A stretch of DNA of 63,893 nucleotides, counting the filler, from Ministeria vibrans ATCC 50519 (Eukaryota; Protista; Filasterea), in the NCBI GenBank assembly GCA_943704425.1. It is 8 parts of 8 records of this genome, joined end to end, with 100 filler letters (N's around TTAATTAATTAA, not from the genome) between each part and the next. Parts side by side here need not be neighbours in the genome. Positions count along the whole stretch, not along the records: positions 1 to 24,142 come from CALSCP010001595.1; positions 24,243 to 43,061 come from CALSCP010000016.1; 6 more parts are not named here. One strand, written 5' to 3'. The notes under the pieces were generated by a model. It searched no databases, was not told the origin of the DNA, and saw nothing but the letters and a program-made list of their open reading frames with translations. A program made the translations under genes and the position numbers. Of the stretch, positions 13,633 to 25,310 are shown piece by piece. Positions within the stretch are counted from its first letter, which is position 1. Each line of letters starts with the position of its first letter.

Positions 13633-16039
13633 TCACACATCAGGGCCAGTGTATTCATCTAGCTGTGCCGTACTCTCAAAAGCCTCACCAAACGGGTGCG
13701 GTGTGTCATCGTGTTCTTCATCGCCGTGGCCGCCGTAGTTGCCGTTGAGTTGGTGTGCTCCCCCTTCTTGTGTGTACATAGAGGACGCTGGTTGCTCACT
13801 TTCGAATTCATCCCACGATGCGGTGGCGTGTGCGTCTCTCTCCTCCCCCTCCTCCTCTGCAAAAGATCCGACCTCGAGTGCCGTACCTGGCGAGCCCCAT
13901 TCATGTGGGGTATGTGATGCTGTAGGTGAAGCAGGCTCGGCCGCTAGAGGCGGTTGGTGAGCCAAGGATAAAGAAGGGGCAGTCTCATCAGACACAAACG
14001 CACTAGAAGAAGGCCCGTCCAGTGGAGAGGCACTGTCGCCCTGTGCCATGGATAGGAGGTGGCCATCGTCGCCATCCGTATCCTCATCAGCAGCGGCATC
14101 ACTCATACGTAGTGAGTTCAGCTCCTGGACAAACAACTCGGCGGGAGCATTGTCACTCAGTGGATTGCCAGTGCAGCTGGAGGAGCCCTCTGCTCCCGTT
14201 GGACGAGGCGTTGTGACATTCTCTGGATTCGACGCACCATCGCAGTCAACACTCTCGCCAGCGACGGCGGAAGTGGTGTCTTCGAGTGGCGAGAGCGACC
14301 ACTCACTCACAGGCACCTCTCCACTGTCTCGTCGCTCGTCGCTCGTGCTCTGCTGCGGCTCTTCAGTGGCGCCCCGATCGCTTCCACCCACACTCGCTCC
14401 ATCGCCCGTCACCTCGCTCACCGACTGACTGTAGTGCATCGCATCCCCATTCTCAACGTAACTCTCGTAGAATTGCGAGTGGCGTTGCTCCGTCTCAACC
14501 ACATGCGAAGAGGAGAGGAACGGCCCATCCTCACCGCCACTCCACTCGGACACTTCCTCACGCAAATTCTCCATCATCACCGTACTCCCATCACCGCCGC
14601 TTATCGCAGTGTATGCCACTGTCATCGTGGTCGTTGTCACCGTCTTGCTCGCGTCACCACCGACACTCGTGCCCAGCACACTCCCTACCTCCACCGGCAG
14701 AGCATAGCCATCCCCTTCCTCCGTCTGCCTCCGCCATTCCTCCGTGCGAATCAGTCCTTCAACTTCTTCCTCTTCCTCGCCCATTCCTTCTACTCCTCCC
14801 CTTCCGTTTGCATGCTCCACCAAACTGCGCGGTTGAGTCTCTGCCACTCCCATCGCTGTTGCTCCTCCACCCGCTTCCACGCTCGCCTCAGACGATATGT
14901 GTCGCAGTTCGTGGCGCACGCTCTCAATGGTCTCCTGTGCCACATGCACTGTCTCGGCCTCTTTCCCGACAATCGAGCGCAATCGATTCACTTCCCATTC
15001 ACTTGCGCGAAGAGCCTGTCGAAGTTCCATTGATTGTCGTTCGCTGGCGCCCAGTGCGCGGTTGCGACTCTCCAGCGCACTCTCGCACTGCTGAAGTCGG
15101 TGCAAAAGTTTCTACAATGGAAGTATATATATAAGTCCGCCAGAAGAAGAAGGAGAGGAGAACCACGCCGTACCTCATGGGCCATTTGCAAAGCCCCAAG
15201 TTTACGCGACATGTCGACGTACAATCGGTGTTTCCCAAAGAGTTGTCGTTCCGACGTAGTGGTGACGTCCTACAGCCCATCAGACGCGAGAGAGAGAGAG
15301 AGAGGGAGAGAGAGAGAGAGAGACAGAGAGAGAGAGAAACAAAGTGATAGAGAGAGAGAAACAAAGTGATAGAGAGAGAGAAACAAAGTGATAGAGAGAG
15401 AGAAACAAAGTGATAGAGAGAGAGAAACAAAGTGATAGAGAGAGAGAAACAAAGTGATAGAGAGAGAGAAACAAAGTGATAGAGAGAGAGAAACAAAGTG
15501 ATAGAGAGAGAGAAACAAAGTGATAGAGAGAGAGAAACAAAGTGATAGAGAGAGAAACAAAGTGATAGAGAGAGAAACTCATCAAAAGAAGCTTCTTTTG
15601 TCACACAATATACACCGATGCGGTACCTGCACTTGTTGCTGTGCGGCAGAGAGCTCTTGCCGAAGCAAACCAATTTGCATCTCACATTGTTCGTGCGACG
15701 CTGCTGCCTCCTCTGGCTGTTGCTGCTGCGTCAGCGGCGGCGCAGCATGTGCAGCAATGGTCTCTGTCGGCGGAGGAGCAACGTGGGGCTCGGGAACGGC
15801 CTCCGATGGCGCAGGAGTGGCGTGTGACGGTTCCGGCAATGCCGATGACGCATTTTGGCGCAACTCGGCAATTTTGTCGAGAAGCTTGGCGCGCTCTTCA
15901 TTCCATTGTGCATGGTCATCTTCTCGCGCCTGTTGCAGGCGGCGAACCACCGGATCAGCCTTGAAAATGAGAGATAAGGTCAAAATTTGTTCATTTGCAT
16001 CGCAAAAAATAAAATCTCTCTCACTTGATTCGGATCCAT
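13633..16039 (-). CDS. Uncharacterised protein: N-terminal coiled coil plus long acidic Ser/Glu-rich disordered tail
   Basis: In-frame exon chain MDPNQ-ADPVVRRLQQAREDDHAQWNEERAKLLDKIAELRQ...-DVTTTSERQLFGKH...AHE-KLLHRLQQCESALE... ending in the 490-codon ORF 13633-15105; no recognisable domain. Confidence 0.7.
15331..15577. repeat. Intronic minisatellite, 20-nt unit AGAGAGAGAAACAAAGTGAT, about 12 copies
   Basis: Near-perfect tandem array in an intron of the coiled-coil gene. Confidence 0.92.
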
Positions 16040-16181
16040 CTTTGGTTCCTCAATGGACAACAAATGTACGGGAAACACAAAAAAAAGTCCTAAAGGAAGA
16101 TATGAAAAAAGTGTAGAGTTTGATTATTTTCAATATTGTGAGTAGTGATCGGTGCGACGGTGACTAAAGTTTTTGACAACA

Positions 16182-18027
16182 ATGTCTGTGGACGATCCCA
16201 GCGACTTCCCGATTGCCTGTGTGGCAGCAGTGGATGCATCGCTGAGGTGTTCCATATGCCAGGAGTTCTACACCGCTGCCATGAGCATTACGCGTTGTGG
16301 TCACTCTTGTGAGTTTTTTTTTTTTTTTTTTTTTTTTTTCACTTTTTGCCCGCGCAAAAAAAAATGCAATTGCTCACTCTTGCGCTCTCTGTAGACTGCT
16401 CGCTCTGTATCCGACGGTCACTGGGCTCTTCGAAAAGATGTCCGACGTGCGGCATCGTAAGAGAAGCACTGGAGAGACTTTCTGTGTTGGTCTAACCGTT
16501 TTTATGATCTCGTTTCATCTCTCGAACCGTTTTTATGACTCGTTTTCGTTTTTGACTCGTTTTGTGTCTGTAGGAATGCTCAGAAGGCGACTTGCTTAAC
16601 AGCCGTGCACTCGACCATACTGTGCGTCTCTTTTGTGCAGCGCGGTAAGAGCGTCAGGGTAGAGAGAGAGAGAGAGGGAGAGAGACCAAGTGATAGAGAG
16701 AGACGCACTGAAGAGCCAATGGTGTTAGGGATACGCTTCTGGAGGCGACTGCTGCCTTGTGTGCGCCCAAGCCGGTGACTGTGGAGACAGGAGTGTCGCC
16801 TGCTACACCTGTTAAGAGGGTGCGGTCGTCGGCTACCCCGCCAGCGAGTGCGGGTGCGAGTGCGAGTGTGAGTGCGTCGCCCGAGTCGTCTCGGTCGCGC
16901 GTGTCGACGAGACGCGCCACGAAGCGGCCGTCACCACGTTCGCTGAGCGACGACGAATACGAAGAGAAAGAGGCACAACGTCATGATGAAGAAGGCATTG
17001 GCGGCAAGGACGACGAAGACGAAGAGGAAGGCGGTAGCAGCGGTGACGACGACGATTTTGTGCCGAGTCGATCAGCCACGCCGCAACAGAAGAAGAAAGG
17101 GAAGGGACGCGGAGAGCCCATGAAGAAGCGTGCTCGCAAGAACGCCAATGACATTGTTGTGACCGTAGCGGACACGGACGACACGACGGAAGCAGCGGCA
17201 ACAGCTGACGGCGGTCCCTGTCCCATCTGCAATACGTTTGTGCCTGCGTCGCTCATCAATGCTCATTTGGACGACTGTCTGTCTCGCGGTGAACGAAAAG
17301 ATGCTTTAAGAAGGTTCGAACTTAAAACCTCACAAGGACTTTGTCTCAACTTTGTTTCAACCTTTCTTCTCTCGTGTTTTAGTACTAAGCCGAGCAAACC
17401 CGCCAAGCAAGCACAACTCACAACAGCCACCGGCCCCCGCAAGCGCTCTCCCACATCAGCCAGTGTGGGCCGTACTACTCTCTTCCCCACTCTTGACCCT
17501 TTTACAACCACCGCCACTGCCACTACTGCGCCTGTTCGGCGTAAACTACCTAAGAAGGCCTATCATGTGCTCAAGCCAAAGCAGCTCAAAGATCTTCTTG
17601 CAGAGGCAGGTCTCTCGACCACTGGCGATCGTCTCGTAAGAAACTATCCGCTTTTGTGAACTACACGGCCCGTTTCTGCCGTACAATAATAACACACCCA
17701 CTTACAGTTGATGGAATGGCGTCATCGCGAGTATGTGCTGCGCTACAACGCCGAGTGTGACTGTGCACGCCCAAGGCCACTCAGTGCTATCCGCGACGAT
17801 GTGCGCCACGCCGAAGTGCTCCATCGCGCTACTACTGCTAGTGCTGTTTCTGCTGCCAGTACTGTTGGTGTTGGTATTGGTGGAGGGGCCAGTGCGTCGT
17901 CTGGTGCTAAGAAGTTGTCAGAGGCGCAGGTTGAGGAGCGGAATCGACACGTTTGTAAGTTTGTGTCTGCTTCATTATTGTGTTGAATTGTGCTCATTGT
18001 TTTTCTTCCATCTTTTTTTCTTGTTCG

Positions 18028-18078
<51 letters not shown>

Positions 18079-18627
18079 ACAGTGGCACAGAACAAGTCGA
18101 CTTTTGCAAAGCTGACAGAAGAGATTCGCGAGAGACAGAGAGCGGCCAAAGCGAGGGCAGAGGAAGAGAAACGAAAGAAAGAAGAGGAAGAGGTTAAGAA
18201 GGAGAAGGCTGGTGACTGTGAGGGAAATGGCAAAGAAGAAGAAGAAGTAGAAGAAGAAGCAGCGAGTGTTACGGGACAGCGAAGGCGACAACGGTGTGTT
18301 GACGATGACTTTAGCAATGATTCAGTGGAATGTGCTGCTGTGTGCGGGTCGTCGGTTGAGCGAGGCTGTGAAGAGAGCTTTGTGATTGGAGGGATGATGA
18401 ACGAGGAACCACACAGGAGTGTGGTAGGGGAAGAGGAAGCACAGCGAGAGCAAGTGGAAGAAAGGGTATCGGAGGAAGAAGAAGAGAATGGCAATGATGA
18501 GGATGGTAACGAGGAGGAGGAGCTAGCACAGAGTCCGCTTTTGATTGCTGGGTCACTTTTGGGTTCGTGCAGCGCTGCTCGTGACGAGCCTGAGACTGAT
18601 TTGTATTTACCATCTCCTGTATTTTAA
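16182..18627 (+). CDS. RAD18: E3 ubiquitin ligase RAD18
   Basis: RING LRCSICQEFY...CGHS-YCSLCIRRSL...CPTC, UBZ4 CPICNTFVPASLINAHLDDCL, SAP region KLPKKAYHVLKPKQLKDLLAEAGLSTTGDR-LMEWRHREYVLRYNAECD. Confidence 0.93.
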
Positions 18628-18646
18628 TATAAAATAATTATGATGA

Positions 18647-21600
18647 TTATTTGACGTGTACTGTTGTGTCTGAGACACAGAGAGAGGTAGGAAGAGGGAC
18701 GGACGGAGCGCGTTTGGAGGGGATGATGGGCTCGGGACAAAGAAGTTTTCGTTTTTCAGAGGGTGCGGCGGAAGATGTTGGTGTTGTTGTTTCTGAGGGT
18801 GATGAGCAGGCGGAAGGAGCTAATGTATAAACATGCGGTTTTGGCTCGGTGCATGTGGCGGCACTCGCCTTTGCGGGTGTTGCCGAGGACGTCGCATCCA
18901 ACCGGACGATCGTTGTTGCTCTGACGGGCAGACCCTTTTTCTCGTCTTCTTCTCGTTTTTCTTCCTCCTCGTCTTCATCCTTGACGGGAGGTGCGTGTTT
19001 GTCGAATTCCGTGTCGCTTGGCACTGTCGCGTCAATGCCAAGCGTCTTGCAATGCGAGTTGCATGTGTGCTGAAGGAAGAAGGCCTTTAATCCCGCCGCA
19101 CGTCGGTCGGTCGCCCCAAACTTCTTGTTCTTCTCTGCAATCGCCGCCGGAGACGTGTGCACCGCGGGATCCGTCAAAATGTATTCACCTCCCTTAAAAA
19201 AGAAAAGGTGCAAAGCGAAAATCAAAAATAATAATAATAATAATAATTGTTAATGATTTGTGTCTTTTGTAATAGTAATAATAATAATAATAATTAATTA
19301 TTTATGAAATTTGGGTAAACCCGTTCTTCTTACGTCTGATTTGGTGCCTTGCAGGTCCACAACCATCATAGATCGCTGTGTGTGCGCATAGGAAAAGTGG
19401 CTGAATGCGCCCAAGAGCGGGTGTTCATCAACGGACGACTTGTCAAAATTGTTTGTGAATTTCTCCCATGAACCTAAAAAAAGTAGCGGAAAAGGAAGAC
19501 AAAGGCGAACACTCAAGTTTGGTTTAATTTATTGTATTTTGGAATGTACCGTCAATGCATTTCTCCAGGGAGTAGTAGAGGACTCCATCGTCCATTTCAT
19601 CGCCCTCTCTCCACACCAGTTGTGCCTCCAACATGGTCAGCGTGGTGTCGGTCACTCCCTTGGCCTTGAGCTGCTTTGAAAACTCCTCGGCAATTCCCAC
19701 TGAGCACTGTTGGGCTCGGATATCCTCCAGTGCCTGCTGTCGTCGTTTCTGACACGTACAAATTTATATAAAAAGAAACATTAATAACTATTATCATTAA
19801 TTTAAATTAAAATTTATACGGTCTTACACTTTCGACCTCAGTTTCAGTCACCAGTTTGAGAATGTAGCGCTCTTTACCACTCAGTGCATAGAAAGCGTGT
19901 CGCACATTGCCATTCTGAAAGGGTCTCTCAATCACTCGAAGAGTAATGCTCTACATCACACGATAAGTTTGTTTTTAAATTTTTCGTGATATTTTATGTG
20001 ATTACTATTATTATTGTTCGTACCGGAAGTTTTTTGATGACAAACTTTTTGTCGACAAAGGAAACGGATTCGCGCTCAAAGACCTTTTCATCCCCAAATG
20101 TTTCAGGCTTGTCCCACTCGGGAACTTGGGAATAAAGGTTGAAGAAGAGACCGGAGTCATTGAGACGCGTCAGGCGGCTGAATTGTCTTTCGATTTCGCG
20201 CGTTTCTTCGATTCTCTTGCGCTCCACTGCTGCAGCCGCCTTGAGGCGCTCGACTTCCTCTTTGTTTTCACGCTCCACCCGTTGCGTCTCGTTGTTCTTA
20301 TCCTTCCGTGTAATTCGTCTCTGTTTTTCCACCTCACGTAATTTCGCGCGCTCCGCCTGCAGTGCTTCCGCCGCCTTCGCCTGTTCTTCTCGCTGAAGCA
20401 ATATGGAGAAATAAATGTGTGCAAAGACGTAATAATTAAAAATAATAAAATCCAATAAAATAATTTTTCACACTTATTGTACCTCGAGCTCTTCTTCACG
20501 TTCGATTTCTCGTTTGAGTGCTTCAAGTTTGGCAACACTCTCTGGAGGTGGAAGGGGATCTTGGACTGCAGGTTGTTCTTCAGCGACGTCAGACTACGGA
20601 TAAAAATGGGTAAATTCAAAATGAATATTTTTGTTGCTGTATTTTACCAGTTCTTTCAACAGCGCCTCAACGCGCCGGCGCTTCTGCTCAACTTCCTCCT
20701 ATCATAGATAGAGAAAGAAAAAAAAAGAAAAGAAAAAGAGTGGTCATAGAGGAATGAGAAAGAGTACGAAAAGAGTTGTTTTTGGTACGTTGATGGAGAG
20801 TGGGAGAGGCGTGGGGCAACTTTGAGACGGCGAAGCGGATGATGGTGAAGCCATGTCCAGCTCGGGATACACCAAATGGGGCTCATCGTCAATATCTTCT
20901 TGCAATTGGTTTGCTTGCCATTTGGCTGTTGCTACAAGGCATTGCCATGCCTCACAGTCGTCCTCCTGCAAGAAAATAAAGAATAATATTGTTATGAAGA
21001 CAGTATTAAGTATGTTTTTCTTATTATAATAATTGCAAAATAAAAAGTCAAATCAGTCATTCTAGATAAGAGCAAGAAAAATATTTGATAATGATTGATT
21101 TTGGTGAGAGTGCGCCGTTTTTTTGTATCAGATTATTTAATAATTATAATAATAATAATTATTATTATTTTATAATTATTATTATTATTATTATTAATAA
21201 TAATTATTATGATCTTCTGTTTTAAAAATGACTGTTTTCTTCTAAAATACCATTGCTGCCACGAGTTACAAAAGGAAGCCATTGTTAAATTTGGTTACAC
21301 ACTAAGGTGTTTCTCTGTATCTCAACCACGCGTTGTGGCGCTGAGAGTCTTTTTTAACTTATTCGTTTGGACGATTCGACTCAGAATCGACCCGCGATTT
21401 TTTTTCCTTCTTTTTTTATCTTTACCAATTCGACATAGGATTTGTCGACGTAGAAGAAAGGCAGCTCAAAGTCATTGCCTATTTCTTCCTGCAGGATCAG
21501 TTGGATGCGTTTGATGGACTCTCGCGCTGTTTGAGCCGCACTGCAGCCTTCCCAGACGAGTAACGCCGCCTGTCGACTGTAGATATTCCGCGCAACCACA

Positions 21601-21860
21601 ACCACGGCCGTGGTCGGCTTCATGTACCGCAGCGCTCCCGATCCTCCCGTGTTTTCTTCCAATACCATGATGCATCCGCTTCGGCCTTCAACGCCGATTA
21701 CAAACCTATTTTAGTGCGTCATTGTTATTGAGGGTCGACTCTTTTTTTTTTTTTTTTTTTTTTTGCGTTCTACTTACCAACTGTCCGGCTCAAGTTTGCA
21801 AAACGCATCTCGTAGAGAGCCTTTCAGCACAACAGCGTAATTATAGTTGGGTTGCAACAT
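18647..21860 (-). CDS. Alpha-kinase (eEF2K/MHCK-type) with coiled coil and divergent N-terminal domain; 5' exons tentative
   Basis: PFQNGNVRHAF, YILK, LEKCIDG-SWEKFTNN, AFSHFSY...MMVVDLQG, LTDPAVHT, FGATD, FFLQHTCNSHCKTLG zinc site; the start at 21860 is inferred from in-phase GT-AG exons. Confidence 0.88.
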
Positions 21861-22147
21861 AAAAATAATAATGAAAATAAACTGAAACTAATGAAAAAAA
21901 ACTAGAATTCCAATTAAACTAATCTTATTTGATTGACGATTGAGTGGCTTCCTTACACACATTATATCCCTACCCCTAACTCTGGGCAATAAATGTCAAA
22001 CGATCTTCTACATTTGTTTCTTCCTTCAAGCGCTTCCTTGTTTGATTTTTTTTTGATTTTTTTCTCGTTTTTTATGTATATATTCGAAAAAGACACACAC
22101 ACAAAAAACGGACTGTCACACAAAAAGAGAAAAAGAAAAGAGAAGAA

Positions 22148-23272
22148 TTAGTCATCGCCCTTTCCCTTCGGGGGCTTAAAGGAGCCAATGACAATGGCGT
22201 GGTCGCGCTCATACGGCTCGAGCGTGACCTGCTCCTTCGGCTTGAGACGGAACTCCTTAAGCTTGGCAACCTCGCTGGCAAAGACGGCCTCGGGACGGGC
22301 TGTCGAGTCGATGCAGCTAGCCTTGATGGAGATGACAAAGTTGCCGCCGTACTTGAGGAACTGCTGGGCGTTGATGTGGACAATACGCGCCTGGTCGGGC
22401 TGTGCAACGTCGGCAAAGACAACGTCGACCATGCCGACCAGCATGCGGTACTTGGCGGGGTGGCGAGCATCTTCGATGATCGGGATGATGTTCACGCGCT
22501 TCTTAGCGACATTGATCAGGTCGCGCCCCGATCGGTGCGAGAACTCAACAGCATAGACGAGTCCCTCGGGCCCGACAATGTCCGAGACGTGCGAGACTGT
22601 CGTGCCACTCGCTGCGCCCAGGTACAGCACCTTGGCGCCCGGCTTGATGTGGATGCTCTCCACACCACCCACGATGGCTGCACCCAGCTTGGAGCGGAAA
22701 GGGTTCCACACTCGGTACTCTGTCTTGACGCCGTCTGCCTCGACGCTCATGCGCTTCTCGCCGTACACGCTGTCACCGGGGACCATGTTGCGTGTCAGCA
22801 ATGCGTCCTCCTTGCCGCGCGAGATGAACACACCCTCATGTCGATGCGGCTCCACAATCACCTATAGAAAGAAGAGGGGCGAAAAGCAGAGAAAGAAAAC
22901 GTTTTAAAAAAAAGAGTGGGGGGAGAGAGGGGAGGCAACGCACAACGCAACAAACGCATGTCATACCTTGTTTCCGCCAGCCATGCCGCCTCGGGCGCCC
23001 CCTCTGCCGCCACGGGCCCCACCGCGTCCTCCACGTCCTCCACGGTCACCAAAGCCGCCGCGGCCACCGCCACGGCCGCCAGGAGAGCCGCGTCCGCCGC
23101 CAAAGCCACCGCGTCCGCCGCCACGGCCTCCCGGCGACCCACGGCCACGGTCGAACCCGCCACGCCCGCCAGACTTCATCGGCCCCCCGCGTCCTCGACT
23201 GTCTGCATTCACGCCAAACGACACACGCAGCGTGGCAAATGGTCAGAGGAAAGTTGGAAAAAAAAAAGATAG

Positions 23273-23303
<31 letters not shown>

Positions 23304-23748
23304 GTCGAATATTCGAACAAATCAGTCACAATCAGAAGCACGACGGTGCCATGCACTTATACACACCACACACAGTCGGTAGCGCCGGCAGCCATGCGAA
23401 TCAGTCCACCGTAAGAGTGTTCATGCTTCGCTTTTTTTTTTTTTTTTTTTTTTTTCTCTCTCTCTCTCTCTCTCGCTCGTATGATCGGATCGCATATGAG
23501 TAAGTCTGAGTGTGCGTTTGCTCCATGTGACGCATGCGTACCAAACCCGCCACGGCCACCGCCGCCAAAGCTACCTCGGCCACCGCCTCGGCCACCAAAA
23601 CCGCCTCCTCGTGGGGAGTCTATGGGGTGAGGGAGACAGAGAGAGAGTGAGTGAGTGGGAAGAGAGCGATTTCACAGAGAGTGTGCGAGTTGGAAAAATA
23701 GGACGCAGGGGACAGTCACTGGGGCTGCTTCGTACCGCCATAACCCAT
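22148..23748 (-). CDS. FBL: Fibrillarin (rRNA 2'-O-methyltransferase, Nop1)
   Basis: GAR/RGG N-terminus over three exons ([12 protein letters not shown]...-DSRGRGG...), then [58 protein letters not shown]. Confidence 0.98.
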
Positions 23749-24142
23749 ATTACAGTTGAATAGAAAAAAAGAAGGAGCGATTAAATTGTTTTTAGTTTTT
23801 CAATTTTTAATGAATCGAATTGAGAATTGGAGATTAAAATTTATTTTACATTATTTTAACGTTTTTTTTGTCGATTCATTTCCACGGTCCAGTTGTGAAC
23901 TTGTGATAATTGTTTAAGAAATTGAAAAGACGTTTGACGAATTGACGTAAGGGATTAGGGAGTAAAAAAGAGTGAGAATTAAATTTCTTTACCATGCGCG
24001 TTAGCACACCGCGCAGATGAATCATGATGTGTGTTTACATGCTGTGATAGCACTGCAATGCCCAGATGACTCGTTTCTAAGTGTCTGTTGTTTATTCACA
24101 AAACGTTCGTTTTTCATTTTCACTCCACAAAGCCAGTTCTCT

Positions 24143-24242
24143 NNNNNNNNNNNNNNNNNNNNNNNNNNNNNNNNNNNNNNNNNNNNTTAATTAATTAANN
24201 NNNNNNNNNNNNNNNNNNNNNNNNNNNNNNNNNNNNNNNNNN
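24143..24242. other. Artificial contig spacer N44-TTAATTAATTAA-N44 (also at 43062-43161, 44421-44520, 57416-57515, 59144-59243, 61209-61308, 62707-62806)
   Basis: Identical 100-nt blocks whose core carries stop codons in all six frames; genes are cut at these points. Confidence 0.98.
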
Positions 24243-24275
<33 letters not shown>

Positions 24276-24295
24276 TAGTAGTAAAAGGTGGGTAC

Positions 24296-24506
24296 CTCGT
24301 AGATGGACCAGTCGGAGTAGACCCAGATGGTGCGCTTGACAGGATCTACTGCCGCACCACGAGCAGAGCCCAGTCGACTGCGCATACGTGCACCAGAAAG
24401 AAAGTAAATTAGTAAGAAAGAAAGAAAGTAAGAAAGTAAGATATAGATAGATAGAGATAAAGAGATAGATAGATAGATAGATAGATAGAAGAAGATAGAT
24501 AGAAGA

Positions 24507-24541
<35 letters not shown>

Positions 24542-25218
24542 GGGAGAGAGAGAGGAGACAGAGACAAAGCGATAGACAAAGTGATAGAGAGAGGAGAAAG
24601 AAACATAGAGAAAGCAAAATGAGAGGCGCAAGAGAGTAGCAAAGGTATAGAGAGAAAATATATTATATGCAGATACAGAAACAAACAATACAATAGTGAG
24701 CAGAATGGAAAAGGAAAGATGATCAGAGGAAGAGTGGTGGTGATCAGAGGAAGAGTGGTGGTTTTTCAGGCGTACCGTGGAACATATTCCTCTGAGACGA
24801 CCTCATCGTTGAGCGTGCATATGGCCTGCATCTTGTCTGCATAGAAGAGCAGCACATGGAACTCGGTCAAGACCATTGCAGTCGGTGCAACAAACCCATC
24901 CATCCCTAAGTATGTGCGTGTGTGTATTAGTGTGGTCAGTGTTTGGTGTGTCTGTGCAATGTCACTCACCCGAGTGAGGGTACGGCAACAGAGACATGTC
25001 GGTCATGACATTCTCGCCGGCATTCTGTGAGCCAAAGACAAGGTTGCCATGGTACACGCCAGGCCCGATGAGCCACGCAAACGCTTTGGGCATCCCCTGG
25101 TACTTGCGGAACAGATGCAGCTCAGAATACCCCAGATTGCCCGGAACCTCAAAGAACCCTATGCAGACAGTCAGAGACACCTCTCACTCTCTCCATCAGT
25201 TTCTCACTCTTTCTATCG

Positions 25219-25310
<92 letters not shown>

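Noticed and set aside
15331-15577. CRISPR-like array or tetO-like sites (GTGATAGAGA)
   Set aside because: Units are contiguous with no unique spacers, the context is a eukaryotic intron, and the full tetO palindrome is absent
23990-24142. Short open frames upstream of fibrillarin
   Set aside because: No recognisable product on either strand and truncated by the gap
24187-24198. Repeated palindrome-like TTAATTAATTAA
   Set aside because: Always centred in a 100-nt N block; it is a six-frame-stop scaffolding linker, not biological
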